NCBI GenBank assembly: GCA_002189035.1
Contig: CM007991.1
Coordinates: forward strand, 682,001-746,000
DNA: 64,000 bases
Direction of reading: 5' to 3'
Source of the DNA: Utricularia gibba
Taxonomy: Eukaryota; Plantae; Magnoliophyta
The position numbers and the translations under genes are program-made. Position 1 is the stretch's first letter. Each line of letters starts with the position of its first letter. Shown here in pieces: positions 53,371 to 64,000 of the stretch. Under the pieces are notes generated by a model that saw only the letters and a list, made by a program, of their open reading frames with translations, was not told the origin of the DNA and ran no database searches.

Positions 53371-54672
53371 TCAATCAAGTAGGCCGCCTTTGTCGCGCCC
53401 GGAGGCTGCCGGCTTCTTCCCCGCGGACCTTCCGCTATCCACCGGTGAGATCCTGCAACATGCAAACGATCCATCACTCTTCAACACCACCACCACCCAA
53501 TACACCCATGCAGGACGACGATTCGATTCTAACCCGAAAAAAGTCGGGAGCCATGTCGCTTACCCGAGGCGCAGCGAAGTGTCCGACACCCCGTCACTCT
53601 CACACAAGTAGGCATCCTTCCTCGCCACCAGCCCGCTCCCATCACCCAGACTCGCAAACCTCCGAAGCTCCTCTATCTGCCAGCCACAAACGGAATGCGA
53701 TCAAGCACACACTCGGAAAAACCCCCTTCCATTTTACGTACTGAAAACTAATCATTAGCTTCACCATTTTACCTTCTCCATAAGCGCTTCGTTTTGCAGC
53801 ATCACCTTCTTTTCCTGTTCCAGAAATAAACAAATTTTCAGTATTTATGGATTTTATCCTAAAATGACAGAATTAAATGCATAGCACCTGCTGCTTGCTC
53901 TTTTCCATCTGCTCCAAGATTATCTTTTCCTATTAATTTATTACTATTATTTTCACAATATAATATAATCAGAAAAATGATAGAGCTGAATGATATTTAC
54001 CTTTCTATCCTTGACCAAAAATATTCCCTCCGCAAGTTGGTTCTCCAATATCTGCAACTCACTGTACGTCAAATCCCCCAACTCTTTCCCCAGCATCCTC
54101 CTTTTCCGATCAACTTGGAAAATAAATAAATACAAAAATAAAAATGAATTTACACGTCAGCAGCTTACAATTGCATCAATTGGAGCCGTTCGATTTCCCT
54201 TTTGAGATTTTTCACCTCCGTAGAGAATTCGTGCTTCCGAAAGGGAGAGAAAAGAGGAATAGATTATTCATGGATTAATTTGTGTTTAAAAAATAAATAA
54301 TAAATAAATACCTGATCAACTGCATGTTCCACGGTGGCAACCTCGGGGCCTTCGCTTCTTTGATTGTATCTACCGAGAATCTGTTCCATGCTTTGGAGGC
54401 CGGGGGAGAAGATATTTTACTTAATTCCAGGAAAATAATAATAATAAAAAAGGAAATCGAGATGCGTCGGTAGGGATGAAGCCGGCTTACCAAGAACTGG
54501 CGAACTCGTACAATTTCCCGGTGCCGGAGAAGATGATGAGCGCGACCTGAGCGTCGCAGAGGACGGCGAGCTCCCTGGCCTTCTTGATGAGGCCGCCGCG
54601 GCGCTTGGAGAAGGTCACTTGGCGGCTGTTGACGTTCTCGATTTTCTTTATTTCGATTTTGCCCCTCCCCAT
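53371..54672 (-). CDS. MIKC MADS-box transcription factor, AGL15/AGL18 clade-like
   Basis: [45 protein letters not shown]-box exons ([22 protein letters not shown]) and a C-terminal SDTSLRLG repression-type motif. Stop at 53371-53373. Confidence 0.88.
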
Positions 54673-56810
54673 GGGTGAGAAAAGAAGGCAGGGCGAGTGC
54701 GATTGTGAATGTGAGCAAGTAACGTCTCCCTTTTATCAAGGGAGAGGATGTACGGATTTGGTAATCCCATTTTGTTACAAATTTCCCATTATTAGATCTA
54801 TTTGTATCAATCAGTATATACTATAAAAGGAAATCCAATTACACCTAGATTTCCTTTTGGCAATCGCATTTCACTGGACCCTAACAGATACAACTTTCTA
54901 TAAATACTGAGATTTTTTTTTGAAAGTAACACCAAATATTCCACGAATATATACCTGCAAAATTGGCAGATATTTTAAAATATTATCCCCAGTAGTTATA
55001 GATTATAGCGCATATATATAATAAATTTCGGGCACTTAAAACTGCTCTCCAAATCTGGCTAATCATATATATTTTTTAATTTGATTATTAATTAAATTGG
55101 TGACATGAGTTGTTTTAATTTATCATTAAATTGTGCCAAATTGCAAAAAAAAAAAAAAAAAAAATTGCCTAAAACAACTGAACCCTAGCCAAACACAATG
55201 AGATAATCACTTCAGAAGTAGGAATGGCATGTCTTTTTGCAAGAAAATGGTAAATGATTCATGAAATGAGAAAATGTTTGTGCTATGCTCATTTGAGGAG
55301 ACGTAGTGGTGCATTTTGCCCGGGATTTTAAATTCCGGGTTTTACCGAAAAAAACATTTCATTCGAAATTTAGATTTAACTCATAGTATATAAGATAGAT
55401 TGTGTATAAATTGAGTTTTTTTAATTTTTTCCAGTGAAATGAAAGTTTGTTATGCCAAATTATTAATTATTATATATAATTTTTTATTTTTTTTTCAAAA
55501 TTTACATACAAGATATTAAAATAACACAATTAAATAAACAAATATAAACACCTTATCATAATAGTCATGCACTTCTATAAAATGAGAATATGCTATAAAA
55601 GGAAATTCATTTTCTATTATAATTATTAAATTGTTATGTCACATTTTTGGAAGCGTTAAAGCGAGAAGCTAATGAATTTACCTCATTTGCGACTAGTTTA
55701 TAAATATAATCTCTCGTCCCTCAAGTAACTGCATTTTAACGTATGTTTCTATATGAACAAATAAAAGATTACACACGCAACATTCACTTCATTTATTTAT
55801 CTTTTTTTGTTTAAAATTTTTTTTTGTGACATGTTCTTAAAAAATGCATATTTTTTAATGTTATTGATTTTGTTGTTATATAATTTCCAAATGCATTTTT
55901 ATTGTGTTTGTTTGAATAAGTAAATGGTAGTTTTATAAATAAAAAGTTGATGTTGATATTTGGATAGAGAAGGGGGCCCACAATGAGTATTCTCCATTTG
56001 GGGGGGTTTGTTCTATTTTGGGATAATTTTCATTATGTCAAGAAAGAGGTGATTTAAGGAATGGTGAAAGTTGGAGAGCATATATAGAAAGTTTGTTAGT
56101 GCATTTACCATGTCTAGATATGTTGCCTCAAAAGGTTGATACCAATTTTTTCTAATGGAAAATTTTTAGGCCTGATGTTTTTTTTAAACTTTTAAATTAA
56201 TAATGCTCATTATTTTGAAGATTTTCTACTACAAAAAATATATTATTGGAAATTTATTACAATAAAACTTTTGATGTTGAATATGAGTTTTAGATGAATG
56301 TTTGATTTGAATAATAATTTTTGGAATTATTGGAAATTAAAACTCAGCTGAAATTGGAATGGGCCTAATGAAGATAATTATAGGCTCAATTAGAAAGCCC
56401 ATAGATTGATACACCGCATGTTGAATCTATGGCTGGGAATAAAAGGGAAAGGAACGGCTCAGATTCGCCCGTCTCCAACAAGTTGAATTTCAAATATGAT
56501 GCGGTAGACGTTACGTACGAAAACAGAGCCTGATATACTGAAGCGGGAGGATGAAGCAGTACTTCATTCACAGCCGCCTCCTGAGATGACTGTGTAGCGT
56601 TGTCGCAGTACAAAAGACTTCGTTCTCAAGTTTTTCGTCGTCACGTAACAAGGATTCTTGGTGAGATTTTGTTGTTCGTTTTTTTGCTTTATCCAACTTT
56701 GGAAGCAAATCTTTGACGAGTATTTATTGGATTTTCCTTTTTCGAGTCTCACTATTGTAAAACCAGTACGACTTGATATTCTTTTTGGCGGGGAGTTTTG
56801 TGCAGGTTCA

Positions 56811-59800
56811 ATGGAAGAACCAACCGTTGTTGCAAGTTTGGATGAGTTGAATCTTGCTTTTCGGTCTGAAGAATCTGGTAATTTTTATAAAGACACGTGT
56901 TTTTCTTTTTGACGCAGGTTGTGTGCATTGTGGTTAATTTCTTGGTGAAATTCACGGTTTGGGAATTTTTGGGTTTGATATGAATGAATTGATAGCTTTG
57001 AGAAGATACCAAGCTGTGCACTGGTTGGAGTATCTGGTAGGGCCACTGGGAATATCAAACCAGCCTTCCGAGAAGGAGTTTCTTTCCTGTTTGAGAAGTG
57101 GCTTAATCCTCTGCAATGCTCTTAACAAAGTTCAACCTAATTCAGTTCCAAAGGTTTGTGATTCCTGCTTTTCACATACTCTGCATTTCATATTCTTGTG
57201 GAAACAGAACTTCTTGATCGGAAAATTTTTCTTAGGTTGTGGAGAATTCCTCACCTCCGCCATCACATGCATGGAGCTCCCAGCCATTACCAGCTTATCA
57301 GTACTTTGAGAATGTGCGAAACTTTTTAGTGGCAGCCGAAGATATGAAACTTCCTGCTTTTGAAGCATCCGTGTTTGAGAGGGTAAAACGTGAAATGAGA
57401 TGTTATGCATCAACTTGAATCGTGCAAGTGTAAAATGTAATGCAAACTCATGTCGTTTGAACAGGAAATTTTGGAGGAAGGATCGGCATGCAAGGTTGTT
57501 GATTGCATTTTGGCATTGAAATGTTGGCATGAAAGGAAGCAAATGAGAGGAGGCAATATGGGTTGCAGGCAGCCAAGATCACCTCTTGTAGATAATTCTT
57601 CTGGTAGAATTTATAAGCATGGACAAGGTTCTCATGAACGATCCAAAAAGTTAGATGCATTTGGAGACAGAAACAGGCCTACGCCATTAGAAAGTGATAC
57701 TAGTGAACTTGAAGGTACTTGAAGCCAACTAGTTTGACTATTACTAGCTCTCATGTCTCTTCTACTGATGTCTAACAGAATTCTTTTGCAGACAAAATTG
57801 TCAAGGCTCTTGCTGACTGCACGGTCAATTCTAACGAAGACAATGGCAACGATGTAATTGCATCCTATGATAGAAACCTTGGAATCACGTGTTTAGTAAT
57901 CAAGTAATCCGTTTGATCCTCTTTTCGACAGGATTCTATGAAATTTCTCAACAAGATCCTCTCTACTTGCTTGGGTGAAAAATTTCAAGGAAACCATGAG
58001 GTAAAGCAAGAGACACCGCTAATAGGACCTCTATTCCCATCTACAAAAGTTCAAGAAGATTTTACAATGCGAAATATTCAAGTGCATTGCTTAATCTGTA
58101 GTCAAATATAATTTTCACCAAGCTATTTTGATATCTCAGTTATACAATTCAAATCCCCTCCGTTAAGTATCTAGGAGAGGAAGTATCTTGATTTTCTATC
58201 TTGTGTTTTTAACATAGGGTTAAAAGCTGCATCTTCTTTGTCTTTAGATGAAACCGTCCTCCTTCAAATGTTTTATGGATCAAAGCTGCTCACCGGGGAC
58301 TTCTGATGTTCGGCCGCTATCTGATATCTCTAATCATGAATTCCGGCAGATGGTGAACCTTTTCTCCATATAATTCAATTCATCAGCATTCAAATTAGAA
58401 ATTGAACTTTGTTGTTTTTAGCAAGCTAGAGCTTCTACTTAATCTGGGGGTTTCTACTATGCATGGTTCTGGTATCGTGAAAAATTGACAGAAGTACAAA
58501 GTTTTCTTGAAGAAGGATAGATACAAGCCGTGGAATGCACTCAAGAAGCAAGACAAAGAACTTCTGGTGTGTTTTTTTCATCCACTTGCTTCCACCCTTA
58601 AATATGCTTCTTCATTTCATGTTCAAATATTATTAGCTGATATGCTACATAATGAGGTGCTTGTTCTATGTGGCATTTATTTGAACAATATAATGTATTC
58701 GGTGGTTTCAGAACATTAAGTTGTTGCTATCAAGTGTGAGGCAAGAGGCAGAAACCTTGAAAAGTGTATTTCAAAGCGATATGAAACAACTAGGTGCGCC
58801 CTGTCACTATTTATGCGTGACTCTTTCATATATAGTCACTGTAACCTAGAATCAGAAATCTGTTTTGAACTTTGAAGAACATAAAGTGCTTGAAATGTCT
58901 ACTGCTGCTCTTGGCTATCAAAAAGCTGCAATTGAGAACAGGAATCTGTACAACATGGTACAGGATCTCAAAGGTTAGCATATGATCAAGTTCTGCATAT
59001 CGCTATTCATCTTCTGTGAAGAAGTTCAATAGTAATTTTACATGACGTTTATAATATTATATATCAGGAAATATTCGAGTTTACTGCAGGATTAGGCCTG
59101 ATTGTCACTCTGACGGTCAAGATGTTGTTCATCACATTGGAGAAGATGGTTCTCTAGTCATTGTGAACCCAAAACGTAAAAATGATGTGAAGAAAATTTT
59201 CAGGTTTAACAATGTTTTTGGCCCAAAAACGACACAAGGTAATGCGAACATTGGATTTCTAAAATGCATGTTGAGAGAGATACCTTATTTGTGCTTGCAT
59301 CAAATCTTACAGACGAAGTTTTCAAAGATACTAAACCTCTCATTAGATCTGTGATGGATGGTTACAATGTCTGCATTTTTGCGTATGGCCAAACCAGATC
59401 AGGAAAAACACATACTATGGTGAGTTTTTCTTTTCATGTTCCTGGATTGAGTACATTTTCATGAACTGATGGTAATTTACGTTGTTTTTTTTTGTTCAAT
59501 GAATACTCTGACAGTTTGGTTCGAAAGATGCATCACCAGAGGAAATAGGGATCAGCCATTTGGCTCTCCTTGATTTGTTTCAACTGGTTGACCAGAGAAA
59601 GGGCATGACGAAGTATGAAATTCAACTTCAGATGGTAGAAATCTATAATGAGCAAGCATATGACCTTCTTGCTGACGATCCTGAATCTAGGAAATATCCT
59701 TTATGCCATTATTATCCATACAACATCCTGTCATTCGCTTGATGATATGTCATTCTGAAATTGCAATGCAGAAACACTCTTTTATTCTTGATATGTCATT

Positions 59801-61702
59801 TCGATGGTTTCTCTTGACAATCTGCAAATTAGAGATCAGGAGATGTGTTAGCGAGAATAGCTTTGTCTTTCCCTATGTCACAGCACATACTGTGAAGTCT
59901 GCAGTTGATGCCATGAATTTGATGGGGCATGGTGAAGCGAATCGAGCTTTTGGTTCTAACTCCATGAACATTCAAAGCAGTCATTCTCACAGGTAACTTT
60001 CAAGCTCAAATATACTCTGACATTGCAGGGAGAGTACCTGTATTCTGGTCATTTAGCAAACTATCTTCGTAACAGTGTTCTCTCAGTCCTCGCACACGGT
60101 GAAGTTGCATCTGGGCGCATTTTTAGTAGCTGCCTCCATTTGGTGGACCTTGCCAGCAGCGACCAGTTGTACACTGCAGAAGCTACTGGCACTGGGTGTA
60201 AGGAATCTGGGTACATAAACAAATCTCTTATTTGTTTGATGGATATTATCATGTCACTAGCTCAGAAGAATTCGCACATTCCTCATCGGAACAGCAAGCT
60301 CACATTACTTCTCCAGAAATCTTTAGGTGTGTGCAAAACTTATATTGCATGCTTTTCAGATGTCCTTAAGAAAATTATATTCTTTCTCATTTTCTATGAG
60401 CAGAAGAAAATGGAAAAACTTTGATGCTTGCTCATGTGAATCCCAAAACTGAAAACTATGAAGAGACAATAAGCACCCTAAGAATTGCTCAAAGGGTCTC
60501 AATGGTCGAACTCGGTGCAGTTCGTGTCAATGAGAGCAACGAGGCGCTAGAGCTCAAAGCGCAGGTAGATGTCTTACTTTATTTCTTACTTGCTCAGTTT
60601 TTTATGTGAGTAATGCAACTTTTAGTACTGTTTCCTCTGTGTGAATAACAGCTTGAAAGCCTGAAAAAAGCTTTAGGAGAAATGAGAATGCTGTCAGAGA
60701 AAGATAAGGAAACAACCGTGCAAACTCCTCCACACCCAACAAGATCGAGCATCAAGGATAGGAGCATGCTAGCAAGGAGCAATGACATCAAGAAATGCAC
60801 CAAAACTTGTTCAGAACTGAGCGAGAGAAGAATGCCTCCTTCCCAAAGAAGATTGAGCCTTGAAAAGGGAACAACCCCGGCAGTGAAATCCGGGAAACCT
60901 GATGACAAAAATAGTGTTAATAATAGCCCTGTTGGTGCCGGGAAAACTGAGGCAAGATTTCTGAAGAATTTTGAGTTAGAAGATCGAAAGTCGGTCACAA
61001 AGACGATATACAGAGGAAAAGAAAACAGGGAAAAAGCTCCTCGTAGCCCTGTAACCACTACTCCAATGATGAGAATCGATACCGCTGACATGCAGGGAGC
61101 TACATCTTCTCGAGCTCTTAGAATAGGAATGGTAAGTGACTCAGATATCTGTTTTGAGATCGAGAAACCTTTCTCGAACCCCAATCAAGGAAAAGGAGGA
61201 GGCCGAATAAAGAAGTCACTTCAAACCATCGGGAAGCTGATCAATGGAACAGAGAAGAGGTTCGCCAAGATGCTTGACCACTTACTACCTTTCTTTTTAA
61301 GTGATTCTTCTTGATCTTTGTTATACCTTGCAAGTTACAGAAACCAGATGAAGACATGTGAAGAAAAAGCCGCCTTGACGACAAAGTATCCACCCAAGTC
61401 ACCATCTTCTTCATCCTCCGGTAAGGCCTTGAGAAGGCAATCACTAACAGGAATACCACCACCTTCCCAAAAATCCAGGCGATCTTCACTTGGAGGAGCT
61501 TCTACCGAATCACGTAATCAAAATCTTTCCTCCCTCATCAAAACCTGAATCATGATGACCATTGCTCTTTTGGTTAGCTTATGTGTTGCGGTTCTTTATT
61601 TGTTTTGCACCAGCAGCTGCGGCAGGTGGAAATGAAACCAGGAAAACGTTGACACCAACTCAGGTTCGTGGCTCGAAGAACCCCGACAAACGTTGGATTT
61701 AG
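56811..61702 (+). CDS. Kinesin-14 family protein with N-terminal calponin-homology domain; motor motifs degenerate
   Basis: [12 protein letters not shown]...[21 protein letters not shown] (CH domain), [46 protein letters not shown] and RRLSLE; ends KRWI-TAG. Confidence 0.9.
59694..59827 (+). other. U12-type (minor spliceosome) intron in the kinesin gene; 3' end at 59827 (AT-AA) or 59818 (AT-AC)
   Basis: 5' splice site ATATCCTTT directly after ...ESR-AA. No GT donor fits the frame here. Branch-like TCTCTTGAC at 59810-59818; coding resumes as (K)LEIR. Confidence 0.78.
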
Positions 61703-61759
61703 GAAAATGAGGGTAGTTGAGAGAAAGGGAGTGAATTGGTGAAAACTTTCTTTGGTTAC

Positions 61760-62291
61760 TCATATAGTTCGCCACTGATGACATGAAAATGTCTGGAAAT
61801 TACACAAAGTTTGCCTCTTGCTGGAATGAAGATCTAAAATTAGCAGGGACGAAATAATCGATAATCCAGAGGTTCTAGCAGGAATACTAGCGGGGAGGAA
61901 AGAGCGAGAGAAAGTTTCACATACCATCACGAAGCATAGCCTCAACCGTCTGATCGATGACCTTGTTTCCATCCTCCTCTCCTTTCTCCAAAATATCCTT
62001 GATCTTGGGTTGGACCTGGTTCAAAAGTTGAAATAAGGAGCGGCTTTCAGAGAGGAAATGGTTGCCAGTTATTGTGGGTGTAGACATTTTACCTGAGATT
62101 CCGCCCAAAACCCACTCACGATACTCCCTGTATCTACTGCTAAGCGCAGTACCCAAATCTACGTTCCATCCTCAGGAGCGGCAGGCTGAGAAGTCGAATT
62201 CAAGGGCAGGGAAGAATCAACCGGGAGAGAAAGTATGATGATAGAGTCCTCTCTCTGTGTGGCGGGTTGCCTCGTCTAGCCGCCGGTTCAT
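61760..62291 (-). pseudogene. Possible small spliced gene or pseudogene of unknown function, between the kinesin and PPR genes
   Basis: Phase-compatible GT-AG introns (62016-62092, 61834-61924) join ...GFWAESQ|VQPKIKDILEKGEEDGNKVIDQTVEAMLRD|DLHSSKRQ...WRTI-TGA. The upstream part of exon 1 has an in-frame TAG. Confidence 0.35.
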
Positions 62292-62728
62292 TCAACGGTC
62301 ACTGACACTTGTGCTTCCGCTTGAGTTTCAGTAATCGGTAACGTTTTCTTCCCTCTGAAAATGGTTGACGCTGCCTCCGCTCGAGCAGCCGTGGTGTTGA
62401 GATAATGATGAACGCATCAGGGTTCTTTTTTTTCGAAAAGAAGCACCCTGTGATTCAGGATAAGCTGTCTAGTGAGATTTCTGGAGGTTACGGAGATTTA
62501 GTCTTCCTATCATTTTAATAAAGAAAAAGTCAGTTGATTGAGGGAAGGTGTGCCAAAGTAGTTTCTTACCAACCATGTGTTTGACGAAATGCCAATTCAG
62601 TTGTTTGTGCTATCTGGCTCCTGATGATTCTGTGGGTAATGGCGATACTGAGTGAACTTATTTGTCCGTGTTCAGTAACGATGATTTGGAGAATTAACCC
62701 CCTCCAAAAAGCTGTCTTTTTCAATTTA

Positions 62729-64000
62729 ATGAAAAAGAGCAGGCTTTACAGTTCAGGTTTGATAGATCAAGATGAAGCTGTTGCAGCAAAAAGGGTGTCT
62801 AAAATTCTGGTGTCTTGCCCCAAGGTGTGCCTGGATGCAGAGCTTGACCGGAGTGGCATCCGTGTCTCTGAAAATGTGGTTGAGAAGGTTCTTGAGAAAT
62901 TTGAAAATGCTGGAATGCTAGCTTACCGATTTTTCGAGTGGGCAGGAAGACAGAGGAACTATGATCACAGTGTTAGAGCTTACCATAGTGTGATTGAGTC
63001 ATTGGCAAAGATACGGCAATATGAGTTGGTGTGGGATCTTGTCAATAGGATGAGGAGCAAAGGAATTCTGAACATCGAAACCTTCTGTATCATCATGAGG
63101 AAATATGCTCGCTCTCAGAAGGTTGATGAAGCTGTATATACATTCAACGTGATGAAGAAGTATGATGTGCCTCCCAATCTGGCTGCATTCAACGGATTGC
63201 TGAGTGCCCTGTCCAAGTCAAAGAATATCCGGAAAGCTCAGGAGATTTTCGATGATCAGAAAAAGCATTTCATACCTGATTCAAAAACTTACAGCATCCT
63301 GATTGATGGGTGGGGCAGGGCTCCAAACCTGCCTAAAGCTAGAGAAATATTCAGAGAAATGGTTAGTTCAGGATGCGAGCCAGACATTGTGACTTACGGA
63401 ATAATGGTTGATGTTCTTTGCAAGGCAGGAAGGACTGATGAAGCTATTAACATCATTAATGAAATGGAGTCATGTGGTTGCAAGGCCACATCCTTTATAT
63501 ACACTGCTCTGATCCACGCATATGGGATGGAAAACAGAATCGAAGATGCCATAAACACCTTCCTTCAGATGGAAAGAAGTCACGTAAAGCCTGATGTTGC
63601 AATATACAACGCCTTGATCGGTGCTTTCTGCAGAGCAAACCAATTTCAAAATGCAGTCAAGACTTTCGATGAGATGTCCAGGAAGGAGGTGAAACCAAAT
63701 GCAAGGAGTTTGAACATTCTAATCAGTGGCTTGATCGATCATGGAAAAAGTGACAAAGTTATCAATGCCTTCTTGAGAATGAAGAAGATATGCCAGCCAG
63801 ATGCCGATACATACACCATGATGATCAAGGTTCTTTGCCAGAGAAATGAAGTGGATTTAGCGCTCAGACTGTGGAAATACATGGCGAGCAAGGACTTTGC
63901 ACCAAGTATGCATACCTTCTCCGTTCTCATCAACGGCTTGTGTAGGAAAGGCGATGTACCTCAGGCTAGCACCTTGATGGAAGAGATGATCGAGAGAGGA
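62729..64000 (+). CDS. P-class pentatricopeptide repeat protein (At1g77360-like, probably mitochondrial), 3' truncated by the window end; absent from the ORF track
   Basis: Intronless open frame from ATG62729 (MKKSRLYSSG...) through NAGMLAYRFFEWAGRQ, AYHSVIESLAKIRQY, ETFCIIMRKYARSQKVDEAVYTF and successive 35-aa repeats (PDSKTYSILIDGW, PDIVTYGIMVDVLCK, PDADTYTMMIKVLC) to position 64000. Confidence 0.93.
   Translation, partial: MKKSRLYSSGLIDQDEAVAAKRVSKILVSCPKVCLDAELDRSGIRVSENVVEKVLEKFENAGMLAYRFFEWAGRQRNYDHSVRAYHSVIESLAKIRQYELVWDLVNRMRSKGILNIETFCIIMRKYARSQKVDEAVYTFNVMKKYDVPPNLAAFNGLLSALSKSKNIRKAQEIFDDQKKHFIPDSKTYSILIDGWGRAPNLPKAREIFREMVSSGCEPDIVTYGIMVDVLCKAGRTDEAINIINEMESCGCKATSFIYTALIHAYGMENRIEDAINTFLQMERSHVKPDVAIYNALIGAFCRANQFQNAVKTFDEMSRKEVKPNARSLNILISGLIDHGKSDKVINAFLRMKKICQPDADTYTMMIKVLCQRNEVDLALRLWKYMASKDFAPSMHTFSVLINGLCRKGDVPQASTLMEEMIERG

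Overview
Eukaryotic (eudicot plant) nuclear DNA. It is gene-dense, with about 22 protein-coding loci in 64 kb, mostly short (about 70-180 bp) introns and AT-rich spacers; this suggests a very compact genome, but the taxon is inference only. The window has two parts. (1) About 3.5-20 kb is an accessory, secretory-looking island: a Gly-rich repeat protein, four small secreted Trp/Cys/Pro-rich paralogs (A-D, all minus strand, single exon), a GDSL-fold protein lacking its catalytic Ser, and an NPF8 peptide transporter. Three of the paralogs share a C-x13/16-C, Ser-Pro(n), C-x4-C, ...FP-stop architecture and upstream/downstream DNA motifs. (2) About 0-2 kb and 21-64 kb hold conserved genes: DUF1682/CCDC47-like, G-patch, OTU, OEP16-3/Tim17-family, WIP zinc finger, LST8, MATE, CDPK, EFR3-like, STELLO, NTRC, AGL15/18-like MADS, kinesin-14 and a PPR gene running off the window end. 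The kinesin has degenerate motor motifs and a U12-type intron. Recurrent 1-bp deletions in short homopolymers frameshift several otherwise intact genes, including three of the four Pro-rich paralogs. These are probably assembly errors, and they would hide that family from automated annotation. No rRNA, tRNA or CRISPR array was seen. All gene models were read by eye; no database search was run.
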